Shown: in pieces, positions 37,141-48,798 of the stretch
Position numbering within the stretch: position 1 is the stretch's first letter
Layout: each line of letters starts with the position of its first letter
NCBI RefSeq assembly: GCF_032444005.1
Contig: NC_091286.1
Coordinates: forward strand, 578,708,001-578,772,000
Direction of reading: 5' to 3'
DNA length: 64,000 nt
From: Ranitomeya imitator
Taxonomy: Eukaryota
The notes under the pieces: generated by a model
The model's database searches: none
Told to the model about the DNA's origin: nothing
What the model saw: only the letters and a program-made list of their open reading frames with translations
Position numbers and translations under genes: made by a program

Positions 37141-40100
37141 TCCATCAGAAGCTTCCAAACACATGACATCATCATATGGGCAGTGCATAATTGTTTAAAG
37201 GCTTTTTATGTATGTATGTATGTATGTATGTATGTATGTATGTATATATTGTATGTTAAGTTCTAGTTTCAACTGTAGCAAAATTCCCTGCCTAACAGTC
37301 CCTTTATTACGTTACACACAAACAGATCTTTAGAAGTATTTCTAAAATCCGTATATGATATGTAAATGAGGGCTTTGGCTAGTTGATGGTGCGTTAGTGT
37401 CCCCAAACTAGTTGGCCCACTGTGCATGATCAGAAGTGAAGGAGAAGATGGAGAAGTCTTGTTCTCCATCTTCTCCTCACAGTGCTCTCAGATTCGGTCA
37501 TCCGAGACAATCAGATCACACTACGCTGACACTCTGATCAGAGTTTGATCCATGTGTCATTTGCATAATCAGCCCAATTCTCTTGGGGTCATAATTCCGT
37601 AGATTCTGTCATCCAAGTTAACTCTAAAAGGTCACAGCCTTTCAGAGAATACCATAATTTAGAAGCCACCGTGCAGTGACCCACACAAGAGACTAGCAAG
37701 ACAGGTGGGTCCCCGGCGGCTTCTCCCCGCCCCCTGCTAATGAAGAACAGATCTCTCCTTTGCATGCATTTGTAGGAAGAAACCTTTCAGTCAGCGGCAG
37801 TAGCCCCCGGGGACCTGCCTGGCTAACTAGTCTCCCAGGCGGCTTGGTCGCAGAGGATCGGCCGGCATGTAACAGTTGCCAGGTTCCCTTTACCATTGCC
37901 ACGTTCCATAGCTGTGTGAGGGCTTGTTTTTTTGAGAGGCGTTGCAGTTATCGGTGGCATCATTTTCAAGCATACATAACATAACTTTATTAACTCATTG
38001 AGGAAAAATATTAAATAAAGCAATTCCACCATTATTTTGTGCCTTTCTGACACATCTCCGGGTTCTTGTCAGCTTCCATCTCACAGGCAGCCAGTGTTGG
38101 AACAGTGTTGCAATCCAGCAGAGCTATGAGAGCTGCAGCTGCTAACGTGTTTGTTATTAGATAAAGTGCAGTTCTACTGTCCGGTGTTATATGTCTCACT
38201 GGTAACGCCACCTATCATTTTTAACAATCTCTGGAGGCAGGTCCTCCTTCAGATCTATGTCCGTCCCATAGCCTGGGACAAATCATTTACATATAAGAAA
38301 AAACGTGGATTTCTCTGGAATAAGATATCGGATCACCGATATCAAGGTATCATTTTATTCATCTTCCTAGGACCTACATGGCCATATAGATGACTTAGGA
38401 GGGTTGATCCTACTGACAGATCCCTTTAAGAGAGCTGAAGGCTTGTGATGGCATCATGGTGCAAAGGGCATCGGGAGGGAGTAGTAAATGGTAAGATACA
38501 TGTCTTCTGCTTCCTCTTGAGGTTTCTGGTTATGTCGATAAATGATCATTTTGCACAATACACACATATGCTGACCTGCTGTTGTGTAATAAGCGGACTT
38601 ACTGGATGCTGATCTATGTCGAATATAACATTTCTGCAGACCACACTCTGCAAAAAATAAAAACCAAAACCCATAAACAAAGGTTTTCTAGGAAATCCTA
38701 ACTGCTGAAAGTGAAGTCCTTATGTTAGAGGATTCTTTACCTCTGGAACATAAATCAGCCTTTCCTCCATGACCACAACGGCCATGTCTGCAGATGAAGC
38801 AGCAATCCTGTGGTAGAAACACAGCCAGTTGTTTGTGTACAAAATCAAAAGACACTACGGCCCCGATTCATTAAGACTGGTGTTTCATGCGCGAGTCTTA
38901 ATGCGGGGCAGGCAAAATTCATTTAGAGGCGCACACCATTTAATGAATTTAGCGCATCTCATCAGTGGAGCGCGCCTCGCCAGAAAGGTTACTCCCATCA
39001 TGGACTGGAGTAACACATGTGGCATAAGGAATGCCGCCTCTATTGAGGACTCTGACGGGAAGGCATAGCCACGTCCATCCCGCCTGGCTACATTTTGGAG
39101 GAGCTGCCTAAAACGGTCAGGAAAATGCAGTAAGTCGCATCATTTGCAAAGAACTTTGTGTTGCTCAAACTTTGACACTTCTGAAATAGTTTTGTTGAAT
39201 CAGTCCAGCAGCATAATGACAGCGATCGTCCACCATTTTTCTCAACAATAAAAGGGACATCAAAAAGCTATCAAAGAAAAATTATCCTCGCCTTACCACT
39301 CAGCTCTCCCGCTTCCCTCCACTCCTCACCATCAGCTCCTCAACACACCTTCTAGGTTCAGCGGCACTCCCACTGAGCTAGGACTGGTCCTTGCTTAGTC
39401 ACGGCGCATGTCGGAACGTCATGGCGGGGTGAGTTTTCACTCGTTTAAAGGGATTTCAGGACAAGTGGTAGGGATCAGAAGATAAGACAAGGACTGGATG
39501 GGTGATGGTGAGGAGCGGATAGGCAAGAGCGGTGAGTATTAGGATTTTTTACCATTTTGAAATATTACATTTTATTATGCTCTGGGGTCTCTCCAGACCC
39601 CAGAGAATAATAATGAATATCAAATTCCATGAGAATGACTTCTCCACAAATTGAATTTCAGAGCAAAATCCACGATTGTGATGATAATGTCTGGAAAGCA
39701 GTGTGGAATATGACGGCGCTATACAAGTTAGTAAAATAAACTGGGTGATGAACTGACAATCGCTGCTACGTAGGTGAGATTGTGGAAGACAGTGCCACAG
39801 GTCATACACCTTGGCAAGACGAAGCCCAGCAACACAACCTAGAACACTGATATATTAGTAAGTGCCACAAAGTCTTGTCCCTAACACAACTGAGGATGTA
39901 GTGGTCAACTGCTAGAAGCCATTAGTGAGCCGCGTCTTGTCTTATGTTGGGCCTTTTCCTGCAAAAAATAAATTATTTCTATACAGATACAAAGAAGATT
40001 TTACTTCTCCTACAACAGTGACTAGCGGTGTTATTGTAGGACGCAGTTTACCCTGGTTTCCCACATATTTCAATAACTTATGGCACAGATGGCATGACTT

Positions 40101-40429
40101 ACTGATTCAGCACTAGCAACGTGTCAGTAAGGAAATTGCTGTTGTTTTTGGGTACGGGACATTGTTGAATTGCAACACCAGAAGGAAAACTCATCTGAGG
40201 CCAAATCAAACAAAATTCAGGCTTAAAGTAAAATTTGCACAATTTCCATTAGACGTCCGGGTATCGAGACCCCCCATCGCTCTCTAGAATCTGTCCGTGA
40301 TCATCCAGATTGAGGCCACTGCACAGTTTTTTTCTAAAGATTGCTGATACCTAACGATTCCTGCTGTAATGTAATCATGTAAAAAAGATCTATTCAGAAT
40401 CTAGCATCAACTGTTGGAGGAAAAGGAGT

Positions 40430-40640
40430 TATGTATCGCATCATGCTTTCCACCCTCCCCGCATCATGCTTTCCACCCTCCCCACAGCACGCTTTCCACC
40501 CTCCCCACAGCACGCTTTCCACCCTCCCCGCAGCACGCTTTCCATCCTCCCCGCACTTTGCTCCCCATCCCCACACCATGCTCTCCATCTCCTCATCATG
40601 CATTCTATCCCCGCATCATGCATTCTATCCCCAAGTTCAT
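40430..40640. repeat. Degenerate ~26-bp minisatellite (GCATCATGCTTTCCACCCTCCCCACA)
   Basis: About 8 tandem degenerate units. Confidence 0.8.
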
Positions 40641-41984
40641 CAGCTGGATACAAATCAATGGATCTGAGTCCCGAGTCTTCCATAAGCTGCCAAGCAAAGG
40701 AACGGTCCTAGATCCGACATCCCAGAGACACAGCTGGGGGAGCACGCCGGCACATACGGCATGAGAAATAAAAACATTTACTGTTTTGTTAAAGAACCTC
40801 AAAAATGTGAGGGATTCACTAGTAGTGTATGACATTTAGAGACTGGGCTTTGCTTTATTGTGGCTGGGAGTGTGTAAGGAGGGGGATTAACAATTATGTA
40901 CTTGCCCTAGATTAGGAGGATATGGCAGGTTTTATTAAAAGGGGTTGTCACCTATTAACCATTCCCAGCGTAATCTATTCAGGACCCCATTTCAAATAAA
41001 CCAATGAATCCTCACCTCCAGCAATGGGGCTGCACCGGCAATGTCGGCACCGCTGTTCCTGGAGGGTGACGTGACAGTGTTGAGTCGTGTGCCTGCTGTC
41101 CTGAAGTCGACATCCCCTTTAAGGCAACCTCAGCATATGCCATTTCTGGGCATTCGTAAGTTGCAGAGGAGGTCCACTGCTTACAGCAGATCGGTCATCA
41201 GATTTCATAACAAGCTGTGTATGTTATCAAAAAGATCCTTTTGACCGGATGAGACGGGTGTGTTTGCTTTGAGAATCCATGTCAGCATGGCTGTATAGTC
41301 CTAATATTATGAGTATTTTAGGACTCCAGCTAATAAGCAGTTGAACTCATGAGTCCTACTGTATTCAGTCTCTGCCCACCCAGCCTGACTGACAGCTGCA
41401 GCTTGCACTAAGCAGTGTGAGATCTCAGCAGGGAGGATGGACACTGAGGAGCTCCTAATCAGATTACATGGGGAAGAGATTCAGCAGAGGTGGACAGTAG
41501 GGGCACTGAAGAGCTGACAATCAAGCATGATGGGGTGGAAATCTGGAGAAGCAGAAAACACATCAGACTGGGTTGGCGGACATCTAGTTAAAAGGTATAT
41601 CACACCACTTCCACCTTACATTATATTTGTGGAAATAAGAAGAGATCCCATATTCAGATAAAAAATAACTTATTTAAAAATACATTTAGAACAACAACAA
41701 CAAAAAAAAAAAGCAAAATTACGCCCCCGGAAGAAGCTGGTGGAGAAATGCGCGTGGGGGTAAGAGGACGTCAGGTGATATAGCACGGGTGATTCAGGTA
41801 ATTATGATTTATTTATGTATTTATGGGACCAGTAACCAAGCTGTCAGGGTACGGTAAAATGATAGTATTTACCCAGTTGCCAGCCTTATGTCCATTTAGG
41901 CATATATAGGAAGAGGACACAAGTTGTATACATATCTGCATTGGTGTACAACAGGAAGTTATCCTCTGTTAGCCTACATTTGTA

Positions 41985-42577
41985 TTATACGTAGTATATT
42001 GCCCAGTCACATAGTATACAGCACAGAGCCACGCAGTATACAGCACGTGGCTCTGTGCTGTATAATACGTGACTCTGTGCTGTATACTACGTGGCTCTGT
42101 GCTGTATAATACGTGACTCTGTGCTGTATACTACGTGGCTCTGTGCTGTATACTACGTGACTGGGCAATATACTATGTGTATGTGCTGTATACTACGTCG
42201 CTGTGCAATATACTACGTAGCTGGGCAATACACTACCTGGCTCTGTGCTGTATACTACATGGCTGGGCAATATACTACGTGGCTGGGCAATATACTACGT
42301 GGCTGGGCAATATACTACGTGGCTGGGCAATATACTACGTGGCTGGGCAATATACTACGTGGCTGGGCAATATACTACGTGGCTGGGCAATATACTACAT
42401 GGGCTGGGCAATATACTACGTGGCTGGGCAATATACTACGTGGGCTGGGCAATATACTACGTGGGCTGGGCAATATACTACGTGGGCTGGGCAATATACT
42501 ACGTGGGCTGGGCAATATACTACGTGGACAGGTATATTCTAGAATACCCGATGCGTTAGAATCGGGCCACCATCTAG
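41985..42577 (+). mobile_element. Helitron 3' portion with 20-21-bp minisatellite (GGCTGGGCAATATACTACGT)
   Basis: Ends ATTCTAGAATACCCGATGCGTTAGAATCGGGCCACCATCTAG|T, near-identical to the 3' end at 35072. Confidence 0.88.
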
Positions 42578-43500
42578 TTTTGAATAAATCCCCAACAGTG
42601 TCACCAGCAAAGCACCCCCACACCATCACACCTCCTCCTCCATGCTTCACGGTGGGAACCAGACATGTAGAGTCCATCCGTTCACCTTTTCTGCGTCACA
42701 CAAAGACACGGTGGTTGGAACCAAAGATCTCAAATTTGGACTCATCAGACCAAAGCACAGATTTCCACTGGTCTAATGTCCATTCCTTGTGTTCTTTAGC
42801 CCAAACAAGTCTCTTCTGCTTGATGCCTGTCCTTAGCAGTGGTTTCCTAGCAGCTATTTTACCATGAAGGCCTGCTGCACAAAGTCTCCTCTTAACAGTT
42901 GTTGTAGATATGTGTCTGCTGCTAGAGATGTGTGGCATTGACCTGGTCTCTAATCTGAGCTGCTGCTAACCTGCGATTTCTGAGGCTGGTGACTCGGATA
43001 AACTTATCCTCAGAAGCAGAGGTGACTCTTGGTCTTCCTTTCCTGGGGCGGTCCTCATGTGAGCCAGTTTCTTTATAGCGCTTGATGGTTTTTGCAACTG
43101 CACTTGGGGACACTTTCAAAGTTTGCCCAATTTTTCAGACTGACTGACCTACATTTCTTAAAGTAATGATGGCCACTAGTTTTTCTTTACTTTGTTAGAA
43201 TTTGTATTATGGGAAGAAAAAAGCAGCAGTCTATTCAGTAGGACTATCAGCTGTGTATCCACCAGACTTCTGCACAACACAACTGATGGTCCCAACCCCA
43301 TTTATAAGGCAAGAAATCCCACTTATTAAACCTGATAGGGCACACCTGTGAAGTGAAAACCATTTCCGGTGACTACCTCTTGATGCTCATCAAGAGAATG
43401 CCAAGAGTGTGCAAAGCAGTCATCAAAGCAAAAGGTGGCTACTTTGAAGAACCTAGAATATAAGACATATTCTCAGTTGTTTCACACTTTTTTGTTAAGT
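42578..43500 (-). mobile_element. Tc1 element, N-terminal half and inner left TIR
   Basis: AKTIKRYKETGSHEDRPRKGRPR; KSVLWSDESKFEIFG; TVKHGGGGVMVWGCF...GDLFK. TIR segment 43370-43500 is near-identical to 44320-44455. Confidence 0.9.
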
Positions 43501-43514
43501 ATATAATTATATAT

Positions 43515-43928
43515 ATATATATATATATACTGCCCACGTAGTATATAGCAGCCACACTGTATATAACGCAGCCCACGTAGTATATAGCAGTGTGGGCACA
43601 TATCCGTGTTAAAAAAAAGATAATTAAAACAAAAAATAGTTATATACTCATCCCCTGGAATCCAGCAAAGCTGTCCCTATGCGTGCGGCTGCCGCCATCT
43701 TCCGTTCCCAGGATGCACTGCGAAATTACCCAGATGACTTAGCGGTCTCGCAAGACCGCTAAGTCCTCTGGGTAAATTCGCAAAGCATCTCTGGTAATGG
43801 AAGATGTCAGCAGCCGCGAGCGCATCGTCGGACTACGGAGGGTGAGTATAGCAGGTTTTTTTGTTTTTTTATTATTTTTAACATTAGATCTTTTTACTAT
43901 TGACGCTGTATAGGCGTACCCCTTAGAC

Positions 43929-43997
<69 letters not shown>
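43515..43997 (-). mobile_element. Helitron 5' portion
   Basis: Minus strand reads A|TCTATATA...TATAATTGTCTAAGGG, matching the 5' end at 34568, with an expanded (TA)n. Confidence 0.85.
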
Positions 43998-44570
43998 TTG
44001 AAGGCATACTGAACCAGCATGGCTACCACAGCATCTTGCAGCGGCATGCTATTCCATCCAGTTTGCATTTAGTTGGACCATCATTTATTTTTCAACAGGA
44101 CAATGACCCCAAACACACCTCCAGGCTGTGTCAGGGCTATTTGACCAAGAAAGAGAGTGATGGGGAGCTACGCCAGATGACCTGCCCTCCACAGTCACCA
44201 GACCTGAACTCAATCGAGATGGCTTGGGGTGAGCTGGACCGCAAAGTGAAGGCAAAAGGGCCAAGAAGTGCTAAGCATCTCTGGGAACTCCTTCAAGATT
44301 GTTGGAAGACCATTCCTGGTGACTACCTCTTGAAGTTCATCAAGAGAATGCCAAGAGTGTGCAAAGCAGCCATCAAAGCAAAAGGTGGCCAATTTGAAGA
44401 ACCTACAATATAAGACATAATTTCAGTTGTTTCACACTTTTTTGTTATGTATATAATTCCACATGTGTTAATTCATAGTTTTGTTGCCTTCAGTGTGAAT
44501 GTACAATTTTCATAGTCATGAAAATACAGAAAAATCTTTAAATGAGATGTGTCCAAACTTTTGGTCTGTA
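43998..44570 (+). mobile_element. Tc1 element, C-terminal half and right TIR
   Basis: (I)EGILNQHGYHSILQRHA...[11 protein letters not shown]...PQSPDLNSIE; ends GTGTCCAAACTTTTGGTCTGTATTG. Confidence 0.9.
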
Positions 44571-45244
44571 TTGTGTGTATATATATATATATATATCATA
44601 CACACAAAGTTTTATTCTGCTCTGCAGCCAATATTGCATCTTGTACTTAGTTCGAAATGGAAAACTTGGTGACAGGTCCTCTTTAAGAACCCCGTATTAT
44701 TTAGAGCTGATAGCTAGCTCTAGATGTGATGGACGTAAGGTGAATTCACTTTGAAAGATTATCGTGAATGATCTTTCCTATGAACACTCGTTTCATTCGA
44801 ATCTTGCTGTGCAAACAGGCTGCGGATCGCCCGATGAGTGAGAGATCACTTGTTTACAGGGTAAAGTGATTTTTACGATTCCTTACAAATCCACATTCTC
44901 GGCAGCTCATCATCTGGTGCAATCAGCACCCACGCTGTCGAGAACAATGGCAACCTATGTGCGCTGAAGAATCTATTACAGATCATTCGGTACACATCGT
45001 ATAGCCTGGCCTGCCTGTGTTTAGCGCCACAGGTCGGTTCATATGAATGGCTGGCATGGAAAACCAAAAATGTACAGCAATTAGCAACCTCCTATGTTGG
45101 TTGAATACAGAGGATTTTAGAGCCTGGACTGAAGATAATCAAAGCTTTTTTATTTTTAGAACATCCAGACAGTATATAAAAATCCATAGAGCACTTCCTT
45201 GGCGCTCAAAAATGCAGAAGGCAATAGCTGAAATTTTTACCATA

Positions 45245-45373
45245 CAGGCAAGTATGTTGGTGGCGAGTTCTCCTTCAATGGAGGTCTTCAAACAGAGGCT
45301 GGACAGACAACTGTCCGAGATGGTTAGTGAATCCTGCATTAACCAGAGGGTTGGACACGATGACCCTGGAGGT
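45245..45373 (+). mobile_element. CR1 LINE 3' end fragment
   Basis: Encodes VASSPSMEVFKQRLDRQLSEMV (CR1 RT C-terminus) followed by GGGTTGGAC..GATGACCCTGGAGGTC 3'UTR. Confidence 0.75.
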
Positions 45374-45874
45374 CAGGCGGTGTTCACATGTCTTGTAATG
45401 ATCCGTTAGACCGCATCCAGCAGCAATCGATTGGCAAAAAAAGTTGTGCAAACAAAACTTTTTAGTCCGTGTTTTTACATAACTGATCTCTGCTGGATCT
45501 GTTTTGTAAACATTGATGTCTAAGAAAAAGATCTGTTGCTCATCCATCTGTTTTACTTTCATTTGTAACAGATCCGTTTTGTTGCTTACTGGATCCAGTA
45601 ATGGATTCTCACTGGACATGTGAACATAGAAGAATCCCCATTTACTCTGGTGATATGTGATTTCTGTGACGCGGAGCAGCAATACTGGAAATGGCGATTG
45701 ATAAACTGTGGAGCTAACCACCATGATGGGAGATGTAATATTTCTCATACTGGTTCTTGCCGTTTCTCCGAAACTTTGTGAAATTAGAAAATGTCAAAGA
45801 AAAGAAATATCTTCAAGATCTACAAGACATGATGCAACAGTTATCAGAAGGGACCAGGAAGGGCCAAGACTTAA

Positions 45875-46290
45875 GGTACCTTCACACTGAACAACTTAAC
45901 GATATCGCTAGCGATCCGTGACGTTGCAGCGTCCGGGATAGCGATATCGTTGTGTTTGACAGGCAGCAGCGATCAGGATCCTGCTGTGACATCGTTGGTC
46001 GGAGCAGAAAGGCCAGAACTTTATTTGGTCGCTGGATCTCCCGCAGACATTGCTGAATCGGCGTGTGTGACGCTGATTCAGCGATGTCTTCACTGGTAAC
46101 CAGGGTAAACATCGGGTTACTAAGCGCAGGGCCGTGCTTAGTAACCCGATGTTTACCCTGGTTACCAGTGTAAATGTAAAAAAAACAAACACTACATACT
46201 TACATTCTGTCGCGTCCCCCGGCGTTTTGCTTCCCTGCACTGTGTCAGCGCTGGCCGGCCATAAAGCAGAGCACAGCGGTGACGTCAGCG
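45875..46290. mobile_element. Harbinger-type non-autonomous element, truncated by a Penelope fragment
   Basis: TAA|GGTACCTTCACAC left TIR; internal palindrome GGTAACCAGGGTAAACATCGGGTTAC...GTAACCCGATGTTTACCCTGGTTACC. Confidence 0.75.
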
Positions 46291-47150
46291 TGCAGCACTT
46301 GTATTCATGCGCAGCTGGGAAATAAATTCTGGAACTCTGATAAATCTAAAAGCTATAATATAAATAGCTTTATAAATTGTCATACAAAAAATGTAGTCTA
46401 TGAAATAGAGTGCACTACATGTCAGAAATCCTATGTGGGCTGCACATCGAGCAAATTAAAACTCGCATTACAGAGCACCTGAAAGATGTCAATATGTGTA
46501 ATATGACTAATAGAAATATATCAATGGCTGCAAAACATTTTCGTACGATGCATAATGGTGATACTTCATCCTTTAAAGTGCATGGCATATAAAAAAATCT
46601 ATCCGCCTAATCGAGGACGAGACATAAAAAGACGTCTACTCACAAGAGAGGCGTTCTGGATTTTTAATCTCAACACTCGATTTCCATCAGGGTTAAACAA
46701 AAGAAACGAATTATTATACTACTATTGCTAATTGTTTAGTGTTATTGTTTTAAATTGTATATCACATATGTGTTTGTAGGACCTTGTAGGACCTTTCACT
46801 AGAGATCATGTGATGTGGAGAGGGCGGAACCTTCTGTCTAGGAACACTATATGTATAGCTTTCACTTGCAATGTAACACAGGCATGAGTAAGACCGATTC
46901 AGGTCGAAACGCGTAGCCTTATTTATTACAAACACCTGTCTGGTCCACCACATGTAAGGATTATCTATTTTAACCATTTGGATTATTAAAGATTTCAAGT
47001 TTTTAATCGGAGCAGGAGTATCTATTTTCTGTTGGATTTGCTGCTGCTGGACGTTTGGATCAAGACGGACTCTCGTGCTCCATTACTGCTGGTCTGGTTG
47101 GTGAGCTGGCTAAGGCTTTTTAAGCCGCTTTTCGTATATATGTGCTATCC
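46291..47150 (+). mobile_element. Penelope-like element 3' end: GIY-YIG endonuclease remnant and pLTR
   Basis: CSTC...FINCHTKNVVYEIECTTCQKSYVGCTS...RITEHL...REAFWIFNLNTRFPSGLN, followed by a hammerhead-bearing pLTR-like 3' region. Confidence 0.88.
46880..46919 (+). ncRNA. Minimal type I hammerhead ribozyme (A3:U8 variant)
   Basis: Stem I AGGC/GCCU, core AUGAGUA plus an extra A, stem II GACC-gauuca-GGUC, GAAA, minimal stem III AC-gc-GU, predicted cleavage after GUA (46915). Confidence 0.75.
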
Positions 47151-48651
47151 CAGTTTATAGACCAAGCAACCAAGCAGAAAATGAGCTGCCCATCCCAATC
47201 TGGTCAGATCAAACGCACCCTGAAGTATTATAGGTGCTGCTACATCACATGGATCAAATGAATGCTTCAAAGGGTAAGTTACGACCCACGCTCAATGGTC
47301 ACTCTATATAGTCGCTGAACATCTACATTTTCTCATTTTTCGTTACTATGAAGGGCATACCGCATATGAGTATTTCCAAACGGTTGGATATACAAATCAC
47401 CAGGCATTTTTCAAAAGAGTAAAAATGATAAAAGTTCATGTTTGGGGTTAGAGATGACCCACCAAAGGATCGGCCAATAAAGTTGGCCATATATGCACGA
47501 TATGTAAAAATCCAATGACATCGCTTATGTCCGAGATCGGCCGTACTGAAAGCCAACATGTCTGATTGATGTAAAAGGACCATCAGTACAGAAGACTGTT
47601 CAAACCAAGCACAGGCTCCCGGTGCATCACGGCGGGCCAATCATTTATATACACCTTCCCACCGGCTTGTGTTCCGTCCATCTATGCCCTGGCTCTATGA
47701 AGCCAAAGAAGAAGGGGAGGAGATGGAGGAGAAAAAAAGCAGGTGGGAAGGTGTAATTAAAAGATGCATCGAGTGCCAGTGCTTGGTATGAACAGTCATA
47801 CTGTGCTGACAGTTAGTTTACAGAAGATCTGTCACAAGATTTCACAAAACATAATAGATCTTTTACACCTGATAAGACTGGTGTACTTACTTTGAATATT
47901 CATAACAGAATGGCTGTATAATCCGGATATTAAGATGAGCATTTTATGAGTGCAATGTATCCAGTCTCCGTCCACCCAGCTTGACTGACAGCTGCAGCAT
48001 GCAAGATAATATAGCCAGTCAGACATGATTGCTTAAAGTAAGTACACCAGCCCAGTCAGGTCTAGGATATATTTACCAATGTATGCCGATTGTATTGTGA
48101 AATCGGGTAACATATCCACTAAGACTGAGGGTTGTGTGAGGCATGTCAGCTTCATTCAATTCGACTGAGCAGTGCAGCAATACCAGCAACAACCCATGGA
48201 CAGGGACAGCAGCCATGTTATAATCGTGTATAATCCCTTCATTTTCTAGCAATGACCTGAGTGATCATTTATATCCATAATTGTTACCATATATGTGTTA
48301 TATTTCTGCATTATATACCGTAGACTAGAGGACGATAGATCTGATATCCACGATAGTTGAGACCACTCGGAATCGGGTGCTGCCTAACTTATACGTTTTG
48401 TATAAAGTTTCACAAAAAAGCTTAATCTTGTTTCCTAGTCCGACATATGAATTTGCTTTGCGTCACCTACTTGTGATTGGGTGGTGCCTAGTTTTCTATA
48501 TAAATAAAAGCCATAAGAAAAACATGAAGAAACAATCAAATGGGTCTAGAATCCATTCCTACAGATGGAGAATCCCGTCAGACCTGAAGACCCGCGCATC
48601 AGCCATCTGTCAGTAATGGGCAAAGACGTTTGCGGGTTAATAGCTCGATAC

Positions 48652-48798
48652 CTTGCATCCGGCTTGCGGCCGGGGCTTCATGAGCGGAGTCGTGGTACAG
48701 AGTTCAATTGCTTCTGGCTCGTGGAAGATTACTGCAGGGAGTGGCTCCTTACGAAGGGTTAACACGTTCAGCTTGGACTTTATCATGGTCTGGAAGTG
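48652..48798 (-). CDS. pid1: PID1 coding exon 2
   Basis: Acceptor ctccttctctttctcgtcctag, donor AAG|gtatcg; 147 nt, phase 0/0; HFQTMIKSKLNVLTLRKEPLPAVIFHEPEAIELCTTTPLMKPRPQAGCK, joins in frame to VTYLGK at 8181. Confidence 0.96.

Noticed and set aside
42091-42867. 258-aa ORF with AGQYTTW repeats
   Set aside because: Helitron minisatellite read through into antisense Tc1.
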